Shown here: positions 11,052 through 23,570 of the stretch, piece after piece
How positions within the stretch are numbered: the stretch's first letter is position 1
Layout of the letters: the number at the start of each line of letters is the position of its first letter
Origin: Pecten maximus
Lineage: Eukaryota
Reading direction: 5' to 3'
Length of the DNA: 64,000 nucleotides
NCBI RefSeq assembly: GCF_902652985.1
Contig: NC_047032.1
Span: 28,086,001 to 28,150,000, forward strand
Program-made: the position numbers and the translations under genes
Notes under the pieces: model-generated
The model's input: only the letters and a program-made list of their open reading frames with translations
The model's database searches: none
Told to the model about the DNA's origin: nothing

Positions 11052-14000
11052 ATGGATCCTACAGGGATGAAAGATGTAGAGATATCCAAGATGGATGATA
11101 AAAACCAAGGGGAGACAACCAACGATGGGGAATCAACTTTAGTGACAGACTTCATCCCAGCTTCTACCTCAGCCATGCTTCCCTCAACTGATCAGACACT
11201 GAGTCATATAGATGCCATGTCTCAAGTACAGGGAGTGATGGCCAATCTCATAACAGTAAGTCACACCTCACCACGGTAACCATCCTCTCCTATCCTCCAC
11301 AAACACCTCCTCTCCACATCCAAATAAGTGACACTTCACCATGGTTACCATACCCTCCCGTCTTCTCCACACATACCTCCTCTACACACCGAATAAGTGA
11401 CATCTCACCACGGTAACCATCCTCTCCCATCCTCCACAAACACGTCCTCTCCACATCCAAATAAGTGACCCTTCACCACGGTGACCCTACCCTCCCATCT
11501 TCTCCACAAAAACTTTCTCTCAACATCCCAATAGATTACACCACACCATGGCTACCACCCCCTCCTGTCCCCTCAACATACACTTCCTCTTTGCACCCCA
11601 GTTAGTTAACCACACCACAGCTGCCATCCCCTCCTGTCTTTTCTACAAGCACATCCTCCCCACACCCCAATAAGTTACCCTACACCACAGGTACCACCTT
11701 CTCCCATCCTACCACCAAACACCTCCTCTCCACACCCCAATAAGTTACCCTACACCACAGGTACCACCTTCTCCCATCCTACCACCAAACACCTCCTCTC
11801 CACGCCCCAATAAGTTACCCTACACCACAGGTACTACCTTCTCCCATCCTACCACCAAACACCTCCTCTCCACGCCCCAATAAGTTACCCTACACCACAG
11901 GTACCACCTTCTCCCATCCTACCACCAAACACCTCCTCTCTACACCCCAATAAGTTACACTTCACCATGGTTACCACCCCCTTCCATCCTCTCCCCAAAC
12001 ACCTCCTCTCCACGCCCCAATAAGTTACCCTACACCACAGGTACCACCTTCTCCCATCCTACCACCAAACACCTCCTCTCCACACCCCAATAAGTTACAC
12101 TTCACCATGGTTACCACCCCCTTCCATCCTCTCCCCAAACACCTCCTCTCCACGCCCCAATAAGTTACCCTACACCACAGGTACCACCTTCTCCATCCTA
12201 CCACCAAACACCTCCTCTCCACGCCCCAATAAGTTACCCTACACCACAGGTACCACCTTCTCCCATCCTACCACCAAACACCTCCTCTCCACGCCCCAAT
12301 AAGTTACCCTACACCACAGGTACCACCTTCTCCATCCTACCACCAAACACCTCCTCCCCACGCCCCAATAAGTTACCCTACACCACAGGTACCACCTTCT
12401 CCCATCCTACCACCAAACACCTCCTCTCCACACCCCAATAAGTTACACTTCACCATGGTTACCACCCCCTTCCATCCTCTCCCCAAACACCTCCTCTCCA
12501 CGCCCCAATAAGTTACCCTACACCACAGGTACCACCTTCTCCATCCTACCACCAAACACCTCCTCTCCACGCCCCAATAAGTTACCCTACACCACAGGTA
12601 CCACCTTCTCCCATCCTACCACCAAACACCTCCTCTCCACGCCCCAATAAGTTACCCTACACCACAGGTACCACCTTCTCCCATCCTACCACCAAACACC
12701 TCCTCTCCACGCCCCAATAAGTTACCCTACACCACAGGTACCACCTTCTCCCATCCTACCACCAAACACCTCCTCTCCACGCCCCAATAAGTTACCCTAC
12801 ACCACAGGTACCACCTTCTCCCATCCTATCACCAAACACCTCCTCTCTACACCCCAATAAGTTACCCTACACCACAGGTACCACCTTCTCCCATCCTACC
12901 ACCAAACACCTCCTCTCCACACCCCAATAAGTTACACTTCACCATGGTTACCACCCCCTTCCATCCTATCACCAAACACCTCCTCTCCAAGCCCCAATAA
13001 GTTACCCTACACCACAGGTACCACCTTCTCCCATCCTACCACCAAACACCTCCTCTCCACGCCCCAATAAGTTACACTTCACCATGGTTTCCACCCCCTT
13101 CCATCCTCTCCCCAAACACCTCCTCTCCAAGCCCCAATAAGTTACCCTACACCACAGGTACCACCTTCTCCCATCCTACCACCAAACACCTCCTCTCCAT
13201 GCCCCAATAAGTTACCCTACACCAAAGGTACCACCTTCTCCCATCCTACCACCAAACACCTCCTCTCCACGCCCCAATAAGTTACATTTCACCATGGTTA
13301 CCACCCCCTTCCATCCTCTCCCCAAACACCTCCACTCCCGCCCCAATAAGTTACCCTACACCACAGGTACCACCTTCTCCCATCCTACCACCAAACACCT
13401 CCTGTCCACACCCCAATAAGTTACCCTACACCACAGGTACCACCTTCTCCCATCCTACCACCAAACACCTCCTCTCCACGCCCCAATAAGTTACCCTACA
13501 CCACAGGTACCACCTTCTCCCATCCTACCACCAAACACCTCCTCTCCACGCCCCAATAAGTTACCCTACACCACAGGTACCACCTTCTCCCATCCTCTCC
13601 CCAAACACCTCCTCTCCACGCCCCAATAAGTTACCCTACACCACAGGTACCACCTTCTCCCATCCTACCACCAAACACCTCCTCTCCACACCCCAATAAG
13701 TTACCCTACACCACAGGTACCACCTTCTCCCATCCTACCACCAAACACCTCCTCTCCACGCCCCAATAAGTTACCCTACACCACAGGTACCACCTTCTCC
13801 CATCCTATCACCAAACACCTCCTCTCCACGCCCCAATAAGTTACACTACACCACAGGTACCACCTTCTCCCATCCTACCACCAAACACCTCCTCTCCACG
13901 CCCCGATAAGTTACCCTACACCACAGGTACCACCTTCTCCCATCCTACCACCAAACACCTCCTCTCCAAGCCCCAATAAGTTACACTACACCACAGGTAC

Positions 14001-17000
14001 CACCTTCTCCCATCTTACCACCAAACACCTCCTCTCCACACCCCAATAAGTTACCCTACACCACAGGTACCACCTTCTCCCATCCTCTCCCCAAACACCT
14101 CCTCTCCACACCCCAATAAGTTACACTTCACCATGGTTACCACCCCCTTCCATCCTCTCCCCAAACACCTCCTCTCCACACCCCAATAAGTTACCCTACA
14201 CCACAGGTACCACCTTCTCCCATCCTATCACCAAACACCTCCTCTCCACGCCCCAATAAGTTACCCTACACCACAGGTACCACCTTCTCCCATCCTACCA
14301 CCAAACACCTCCTCTCCACGCCCCAATAAGTTACCCTACACCACAGGTACCACCTTCTCCCATCCTACCACCAAACACCTCCTCTCCACGCCCCAATAAG
14401 TTACCCTACACCACAGGTACCACCTTCTCCCATCCTGCCACCAAACACCTCCTCTCCACGCCCCAATAAGTTACACTTCACCATGGTTACCACCCCCTTC
14501 CATCCTCTCCCAAAACACCTCCTCTCCACGCCCCAATAAGTTACCCTACACCACAGGTACCACCTTCTCCCATCCTATTACCAAACACCTCCTCTCTACA
14601 CCCCAATAAGTTACCCTACACCACAGGTACCACCTTCTCCCATCCTACCACCAAACACCTCCTCTCCACGCCCCAATAAGTTACCCTACACCACAGGTAC
14701 CACCTTCTCCCATCCTATCACCAAACACCTCCTCTCCACACCCCAATAAGTTACACTTCACCATGGTTACCACCCCCTTCCATCCTCTCCCCAAACACCT
14801 CCTCTCCACGCCCCAATAAGTTACCCTACACCACAGGTACCACCTTCTCCCATCCTACCACCAAACACCTCCTCTCCACGCCCCAATAAGTTACCCTACA
14901 CCACAGGTACCACCTTCTCCCATCCTATCACCAAACACCTCCTCTCTACACCCCAATAAGTTACCCTACACCACAGGTACCACCTTCTCCCATCCTACCA
15001 CCAAACACCTCCTCTCCACGCCCCAATAAGTTACCCTACACCACAGGTACCACCTTCTCCCATCCTATCACCAAACACCTCCTCTCCACACCCCAATAAG
15101 GTACCCTACACCACAGGTACCACCTTCTCCCATCCTACCACCAAACACCTCCTCTCCACACCCCAATAAGGTACCCTACACCACAGGTACCACCTTCTCC
15201 CATCCTATCACCAAACACCTCCTCTCCACACCCCAAGAAGGTACCCTACACCACAGGTACCACCTTCTCCCATCCTACCACCAAACACCTCCACTCCCGC
15301 CCCAATAAGTTACCCTACACCACAGGTACCACCTTCTCCCATCCTATCCACAAGCACCTCCTCTCCACACCCCAATAAGTTACCCTACACCACAGGTACC
15401 ACCTTCTCCCATCCTACCACCAAAAACCTCCTCTCCACGCCCCAGTAAGTTACTCTACACCACAGGTACCACCTTCTCCCATCCTACCACCAAACACCTC
15501 CTCTCCACACCCCAATAAGTTACACTTCACCATGGTTACCACCCCCTTCCATCCTCTCCCCAAACACCTCCTCTCCACGCCCCAATAAGTTACCCTACAC
15601 CACAGGTACCACCTTCTCCCATCCTACCACCAAACACCTCCTCTCCACGCCCCAATAAGTTACCCTACACCACAGGTACCACCTTCTCCATCCTACCACC
15701 AAACACCTCCTCTCCACGCCCCAATAAGTTACCCTACACCACAGGTACCACCTTCTCCCATCCTACCACCAAACACCTCCTCTCCACACCCCAATCAGTT
15801 ACACTTCACCATGGTTACCACCCCCTTCCATCCTCTCCCCCAAACACCTCCTCTCCACGCCCCAATAAGTTACCCTACACCACAGGTACCACCTTCTCCA
15901 TCCTACCACCAAACCCCCTCCTCTCCACGCCCCAATAAGTTACCCTACACCACAGGTACCACCTTCTCCCATCCTACCACCAAACACCTCTCCACGCCCC
16001 AATAAGTTACCCTACACCACAGGTACCACCTTCTCCCATCCTACCACCAAACACCTCCTCTCCACACCCCAATAAGTTACACTTCACCATGGTTACCACC
16101 CCCTTCCATCCTCTCCCCAAACACCTCCTCTCCACGCCCCAATAAGTTACCCTACACCACAGGTACCACCTTCTCCATCCTACCACCAAACACCTCCTCT
16201 CCACGCCCCAATAAGTTACCCTACACCACAGGTACCACCTTCTCCCATCCTACCACCAAACACCTCCTCTCCACACCCCAATCAGTTACACTTCACCATG
16301 GTTACCACCCCCTTCCATCCTCTCCCCAAACACCTCCTCTCCATGCCCCAATAAGTTACCCTACACCACAGGTACCACCTTCTCCATCCTACCACCAAAC
16401 ACCTCCTCTCCACGCCCCAATAAGTTACCCTACACCACAGGTACCACCTTCTCCCATCCTACCACCAAACACCTCCTCTCCACGCCCCAATAAGTTACCC
16501 TACACCACAGGTACCACCTTCTCCCATCCTACCACCAAACACCTCCTCTCCACGCCCCAATAAGTTACCCTAACACCACAGGTACCACCTTCTCCCATCC
16601 TACCACCAAACAACTCCTCCTTCCACGCCCCAATAAGTTACCCCTACACCACAGGTACCACCTTTCTCCCATCCTACCACCAAACACCTCCTCTCCACGC
16701 CCCAATAAGTTACCCTACACCACAGGTACCACCTTCTCCCATCCTACCACCAAACACCTCCTCTCCACGCCCCAATAAGTTACCCTACACCACAGGTACC
16801 ACCTTCTCCCATCCTACCACCAAACACCTCTCTCCACCCCCCCATATTAAGTTACCCTACACCACGGTACCACCTTCTCCCATCCTACTCCAACACCTTC
16901 CTCCTCACGCCCCAATAAGTTTACCCTACACCAAGGTTACCACCTTCTCCATCCTACCACCAAACACCTCCTCTCCACGCCCCAATAAGTTGTACCCTAC

Positions 17001-20000
17001 ACCACAGGGTAACCACCTTCTCCCCATCCACCACCAAACACCTCACTCTCCACACCCAATAAGGTTACACCTACACTCACAGGTACCACCTTCTCCCATA
17101 CCTACCACCAACACACCTCCTATCCACGCACCCAATAAGTTACCCTACACCACAGGTACCACCGTTCTGCCCATCCTACCCCAAACACCTCCTCTCCACG
17201 CCCAATTAAGTTACCCTACACCACAGGTACCACCTTCTCCCATCCTACCACCAAACAACTCCTCTCCACGCCCCAATAAGTTACCCTACACCACAGGTAA
17301 CACCTTCTCCCATCCTACCACCAAACACCTCCTGTCCACACCCCTAATAAGTTACAAATCACCATGGTTACCACTTCCTCCTGTCCTTTTCCCAATACCG
17401 CTACATCCCTATCCCTTTCCACACCTCATTTTCAACAAACATCAAAGTATCCTTACATATGTACAGAAACTACATGAAAAATACAGAGAGTTACGTAGAT
17501 GTCATGTCACAAGTGTAGATAGTGGCGGTTATCTCATTTACCAGAAGTTACACTACACCAGTCTCCCGTTTTCTCCCCCAACACCTCCTCTCCACATCCC
17601 TTTCCACACCCACTCCCTACCCTCATTGAGCTGTCCCTACAATGTTCAGGTAAAGACAGAAGATTCCATATCTTGTCACAAATGGTAAATGCTTCAGCAG
17701 CACATGCACAAAGCTGTTTTACAATACATGGGGGATATCAGAGGGGAACTAAACTTAGGTTCTGTATCAAAGAACATCCAAGTTGCATTTAAGACAAATT
17801 AGAGAAAGCCCAGTAGCACTCATTTTGACCTCCAGTCACACTACATATGTACATACTGGAAACAATTGGAATACTACTAGATACACCTCTAGATACACCT
17901 CTAGATACACCTCTACACCTCTAGATACAACTCTAGATACACCTCTAGATACACCACTACATACAACTCTAGATACAACTCTAGATACACCTCTAGATAC
18001 ACCTCTAGATACAACTCTAGATACACCTCTAGATACAACTCTAGATACACCTCTAGATACAACTCTAGATACACCTCTAGATACACCTCTAGATACAACT
18101 CTAGATACACCTCTAGATACAACTCTAGATACACCTCTAGATACAACTCTAGATACACCTCTAGATACACCTCTAGATACAACTCTAGATACACCTCTAG
18201 ATACAACTCTAGATACAACTCTAGATACACCTCTAGATACACCTCTACACCTCTAGATACACCTCTAGATACAACTCTAGATACACCTCTAGATACACCT
18301 CTAGATACAACTCTAGATACAACTCTAGATACACCTCTAGATACACCTCTAGATACACCTCTAGATACACCTCTAGATACACCTCTAGATACAACTCTAG
18401 ATACAACTCTAGATACACCTCTAGATACAACTCTAAATACACCTCTACACCTCTAGATACAACTCTAGATACACCTCTAGATACACCTCTAGATACACCT
18501 CTAGATACACCTCTAGATACAACTCTAGATACACCTCTAGATACAACTCTAGATACAACTCTAGATACACCTCTAGATACAACTCTAGATACAACTCTAG
18601 ATACACCTCTAGATACACCTCTAGATACACCTCTAGATACAACTCTAGATACAACTCTAAATCGTGACACCACTAGGGAGCAATATGTCCAAGGGTAACT
18701 GTTGCATCCTATTCCTTAGTCATTCCCTATATTTCTAACAATTGTTACTTGAGGTTAATATAAATAGCAAATCGTGTGATATTTTACAAGCGTATAGATC
18801 ACTTTCCTTGTGCAATGAAACAGAAGTAACTTGACCAATTGTTAATTTGTGTCATGGATGGCTATCCATGGGTCGTGCTTTTGACATGCAACTTGTTAAT
18901 TATAAGCTAGCTGTAAATTTCAGCAAAACATCCGTAAAATGCAAGTTTTAGGAAAACACAGAAAGTTCACTTAGATCAGATATATTGCACAAAAAAATGC
19001 TGTTATGCTCACAATTGTCTTTACCAGGCAGTGAGAGAATTTGTAGGTACAGAGATTTGATATTTACATGAACCTTAAGCTACCTATAATTTGTAGGTTC
19101 AGAGATTACATTTAAGCCAGACAGCCTTTTGAAACATAGAAAATGATGTAGGTATCCCACTTATTTTCTGAATGTCCATCCAATCACTCTATAAAAGGGA
19201 CTCCATTTAGGACCCCATTTATAGAATGTTCAGTGTAAAGCCCTGAGGTTCACCTATGGTAATCATATACAATGATAAAATGTTGATTGATTCATTACCA
19301 AGAGTGCTACATCATGTATTTATCCTGATGCTTCCTAGGTCTATCATTCTTCCTTAAGTGGAGCAATGGATTAGCTATTACTTAAATGAGCAATTGTACA
19401 CAAGTAATACATGTATTAACCTTTGACCCTAGGAAGACCCTTTGCTGTCTGACCTTCCACCTCAGGTGACCTTAGAAGAAGTAAATTCCTGTATAGCCCT
19501 GGAATATGGACAAGCAATGGTGGTGAATGTAAGGCGGGCCGATGACGAGGTTATGGGTAAGAGCATCAGACGTATGACCTCATATTTACATGTACTGTAT
19601 AGAATTGATGTAACCTATTCAGAATTGTGTATGACCTCATATCGGGTCAGTACAATTAAATTAACTTTAATACACAAAGCAACAATTTATGCTACTTGCT
19701 TATCAATCATCACACTACCCACTGCTAATATGATTAATAAGTATTTGATAATTTACATCAGTATGAAAAGTAACAAAGGTTGACTATTGTTTAACAAGTT
19801 TTCTAAGATTAAATTCTTATGTTGTAGCGGTAGTGGTCACCCAGAATGCAACAGTGTTGGATTTGAAGCATTCCATCAAGCGCTACATTATTTTGAGGCA
19901 GACACGAAATGGAGGGAAGCAGCACATCAGCTGGTAGGTTATACATACATATACATAGCCATCTGTACAAGTTTAGCTAATTAAATTACACCAGGGATAT

Positions 20001-21044
20001 TACTTAAGGCTCTTCCAGTACAAGACATATCCAACAGGAAAATCCAGAATAAAAGAAATTCTTTACGTTTTACTTGGGTGCTGGAGAAAATGTGGCTTAT
20101 TATAAAAATATAAACGATATGATACTATTTTGATTATTTACTTCTTTGGCCATGGATGGTCCCTGTTTGACAAACCTGGAGTCCTGCTGTTGGTAGGTAT
20201 TTTACCGGCATAGACTTTATGTCACTTGAGGACTTCAAAGATTTTAAACCTCTGTGCAAGGTTATGCTGAGAAAATGTGGCAGATCATAATTGTATGGTA
20301 ACCTTAGAATGAAATCACAATGGTTCATCACCTGAACTGGAAAGTTGAGTAATTTAATTTGCCTGTATGAAAAGGTGCAAGAATTCATAAAAGATTTATG
20401 TGGGAGGAAACCTGGATACTGAGGAAAAAGGCACATGCTGGTACACTCTAGGGAAGTAGATGACACCTTCAGCTTTTCACATTTGATTTAAACCTTGGCC
20501 ATCAGAGTGAAGGTTTAGTGTCTTTCCATTGCATAGCTAGCTGATCACATGCAACAGTATGACCACCCAGCATAAAACTGATAGACTAAACTTCCAGATT
20601 GATAGACTAAACTTCCAGATTCAGTTATGGATATTATGTTAAATATCCACTCATATATTGAATACAATAATTACTATTTACCATATATGACTGTGTGCAA
20701 AATTGTCCTGCTAGGAACTCGTCATATTTCAGCTCTTCTCTCTTTGCAGGAAATATATTTGGAAGCGGTACTGGTTATACTTCAACTCTCAGAAACTATC
20801 AGATGACAGAAAAACTTTAAAACAGTAGGTCAATTGATATCATATGTGATGTATGATAATTTTTTTCTTATGGAGGGTTTAAAAATTGGTAACATGGTAA
20901 ATATTTAAAAGCTATATCTTGTATTTCAATTATCAATGTTATTGTTTAGATTAATTAAATATCAACTATTTTCATTTATTTGACAGATACCAGATAAGAA
21001 ATAAGGATGAGGTGACATTCATGAAGAAATTGAAGGAACGCTGA
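11052..21044 (+). CDS. SNRNP25: U11/U12 snRNP 25 kDa protein (188 aa); coding exons 11052-11255, 19433-19556, 19828-19933, 20750-20824, 20987-21044
   Basis: The spliced product contains [41 protein letters not shown]|[36 protein letters not shown]|[25 protein letters not shown]|[18 protein letters not shown], matching the SNRNP25 ubiquitin-like domain. All junctions are GT-AG with consistent phase. The first coding exon is less certain than the rest. Confidence 0.93.
11256..17400. repeat. ~70-bp minisatellite, roughly 85-90 copies, in the SNRNP25 intron following the first coding exon
   Basis: Unit ccccaataagttaccctacaccacaggtaccaccttctcccatcctaccaccaaacacctcctctccacg. A second subtype (..ttacacttcaccatggttaccacccccttcc..) is interspersed. 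The array starts at the splice donor. Confidence 0.97.
17877..18660. repeat. 12-bp tandem repeat (ctctagatacac / ctctagatacaa), ~65 copies
   Basis: Directly visible. It explains the spurious TLDTPLD/YLEV/VSRG ORFs in the track. Confidence 0.97.
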
Positions 21045-21169
21045 TTACAACTTGCCTAGTATGTGTATGTAATGTTACTTCATGTAGGACTGGACTAACA
21101 TTTAACCAACAAGCTGGGTCAGAGATGTTCTGTAGGGATATGTGGGCCCTGATGACCTGTTCATATCAT

Positions 21170-21800
21170 AGGCGTTCAGAGACCTGTACACATCGAAAGG
21201 CGTTCAGAGACCTGTACATACTGAAGGCGTTCAGAGACCTGTACATACTGAAGGCGTTCAGAGACCTGTACATACTGAAGGCGTTCAGAGACCTGTACGC
21301 ATCGAGAGGCCTTCAGAGACCTGTATACAACGGAAGGCGTTCAGAGACCTGTACACACTGAAGGTGTTCAGAGACCTATATACACTGAATTTGTTCAGAG
21401 ATCTATATACATCGGAAGGTGTTCAGAGACCTGTACACACTGAAGGTGTTCAGAGACCTATATACACTGAATTTGTTCAGCGATCTATATACATCAGAAG
21501 GTGTTCAGAGGCTTATATACAACAGAAGGCGTTCAAAGACCTGTACATACTAAATGTGTTCAGAGATCTATACACATTGAAAGGTGTTCACAGATCTATA
21601 CACATCGAAAGGTGTTCAGAGATCTATATACAAATGTACATCGGAAGGTGTTCAGAGATCTATATACATCGGAAGGTGTTCAGAGACCTGTACATACTAA
21701 ATGTGTTCAGAGATCTCACATCTGAAAGTGTTCAGAGATCTATACACAGCGGAAGGTGTTCATAATATCTGTTCACATGAAGGTGTTCAAAGACCTGTAC
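21170..21800. repeat. 27-bp tandem repeat (ctgaaggcgttcagagacctgtacata), ~23 copies, just 3' of the SNRNP25 stop
   Basis: Directly visible. It yields the KAFRDLYIL-repeat ORFs. Confidence 0.93.
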
Positions 21801-22284
21801 CCACTTTTTAAGTATTTAATGTAACAGTGTATACAGTGGTATTCAATTAATATTTTTACACAGAGGGAATAGTTGGATCTCTGGGATCCTTGATAGAGGA
21901 CCAGAAAACATTGTGAGCATTATAATCTGTCAATCAACTTTAACTATTAAAGATGTACAGATCAAAATATTTCATTGTTGTTTATCAGATTCTATCGATA
22001 CAAAAACATCCATACTAAATTGACCTAAATGAACATGATAGCTATAGAGTTAATACCTATTGAGTATTATCATTGCAGCGAGAGGCCTTGAGGACATTTT
22101 AGAGATGTACTTGCACGTACATTTACTCCAAAACCAAAACAGTATGCCAAAGCATCGTCATTCACCAATATAATCAAAATAATGTGTTCATTATCGACTC
22201 CGTCAATTCAACATATGAAGGAGTTTATGGAGGGGATAGTGAACAGCTAAGAAGTTTACGGAGTGGATAATGAACGGCAAAAAG

Positions 22285-22650
22285 GCTTAATTCCTTAAAC
22301 AACTTCTCGAAAACCAAAAGGCCCAGGGAGTTGATATCGGGCTTGTAGCATGCGGGTATGAAGGGCTACCGAGTTTGTTCAAATGAATGACCTTGACCTA
22401 CATTCAAGGCCACAGGGGTCAAATAGGCTAAAATCTTTAAATGACAAGGCCAACAGAGTTGATATCGGGCCAGTAGCATGCTGTGATGAAGGGCTACTAA
22501 GTTTGTTTAAATGAATGACCTTGTGTCTGTAGCATGCTGGGATGAAGGGCTACTAAGTTTGTTCAAATGAATGACCTTGTGTCTGTAGCATGCTGGGATG
22601 AAGGGCTACCAAGTTTGTTCAAATGAATGACCTTGACCTACATTCAAGTG
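22285..22650. repeat. Fragment of a HINE-type central repeat with internal tandem duplications
   Basis: The block tagcatgctgggatgaagggctac..agtttgttcaaatgaatgaccttg occurs 4 times; tgacctacattcaag occurs twice. Confidence 0.7.
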
Positions 22651-22710
22651 AATGAATATTTGCACCACATAATGCACTGTTATATCATTGTGACCTTAAT
22701 AAGAGATGGT

Positions 22711-23570
22711 TGGATTGATAAGGCCAGATCCAGTTGAACATCAAGGTTAGTGGTAGCTGGATTGACAAGGTCAGACCGCGTTGAAAATCAAGGTCAGTGG
22801 AAGCTTGATTAACAAGGTTAGATCCAGTTGAACATCAAGGTCAGTGGAAGCTGGATTAACAAGGCCAGATCCAGTTGAACATCAAGGTCAGTGGTAGCTG
22901 GATTGACAAGGTCAGATCCAGTTGAACATCAAGGTCAGTGGTAGCTGGATTAACAAGGTCAGATCCAGTTGAACATCAAGGTCATTGGAAGCTTGATTAA
23001 CAAGGTCAGATCCAGTTGAACATCAAGGTCAGTGGTAGCTGGATTAACAAGGTCAGATCCAGTTGAACATCAAGGTCAGTGGTAGCTGGATTAACAAGGT
23101 CAGATCCAGTTGAACATCAAGGTCAGTGGTAGCTGGTTTAACAAGGTCAGATCCAGTTGAACATCAAGGTCATTGGAAGCTTGATTAACAAGGTCAGATC
23201 CAGTTGAACATCAAGGTCAGTGGTAGCTGGATTAACAAGGTCAGATCCAGTTGAACATCAAGGTCAGTGGTAGCTGGATTAACAAGGTCAGATCCAGTTG
23301 AACATCAAGGTCAGTGGTAGCTGGATTCAACAAGGTCAGATCCAGTTGAACATCAAGGTCAGTGGTAGCTGGATTAACAAGGTCAGATCCAGTTGAACAT
23401 CAAGGTCATTGGCAGCTGGATTAACAAGGCCAGATCCAGTTGAACATCAAGGTCAGTGGTAGCTGGATTAACAAGGTCAGATCCAGTTGAACATCAAGGT
23501 CAGTAGTAGCTGGATTAACAAGGTCAGATCGAGTTTAACATCAAGGTCAGTGGTAGCTGGATTAACATGG
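22711..23570. repeat. 47-bp tandem repeat, ~18 copies, between the convergent SNRNP25 and DLAT 3' ends
   Basis: Unit gctggattaacaaggtcagatccagttgaacatcaaggtcagtggta; period 47 (e.g. 23041 and 23088). Confidence 0.96.

Noticed and set aside
17447-17454. GTATCCTT, a U12-type 5' splice site consensus within the SNRNP25 intron (possible USSE-like feedback element)
   Set aside because: It is a single 8-mer. Known USSEs in SNRNP48/RNPC3 are tandem sites in conserved sequence, and a chance hit is expected in a window of this size.
12025-18673. ORFs [10 protein letters not shown].. (x3), the 232-aa Pro-rich ORF and the TLDTPLD/YLEV/VSRG ORFs
   Set aside because: They are translations of the 70-bp and 12-bp tandem repeats inside an SNRNP25 intron, with no domain content.
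21125-21765. KAFRDLY-repeat ORFs, superficially zinc-finger-linker-like
   Set aside because: They come from a 27-bp VNTR. There is no C2H2 spacing, and three overlapping frames are all partly open.
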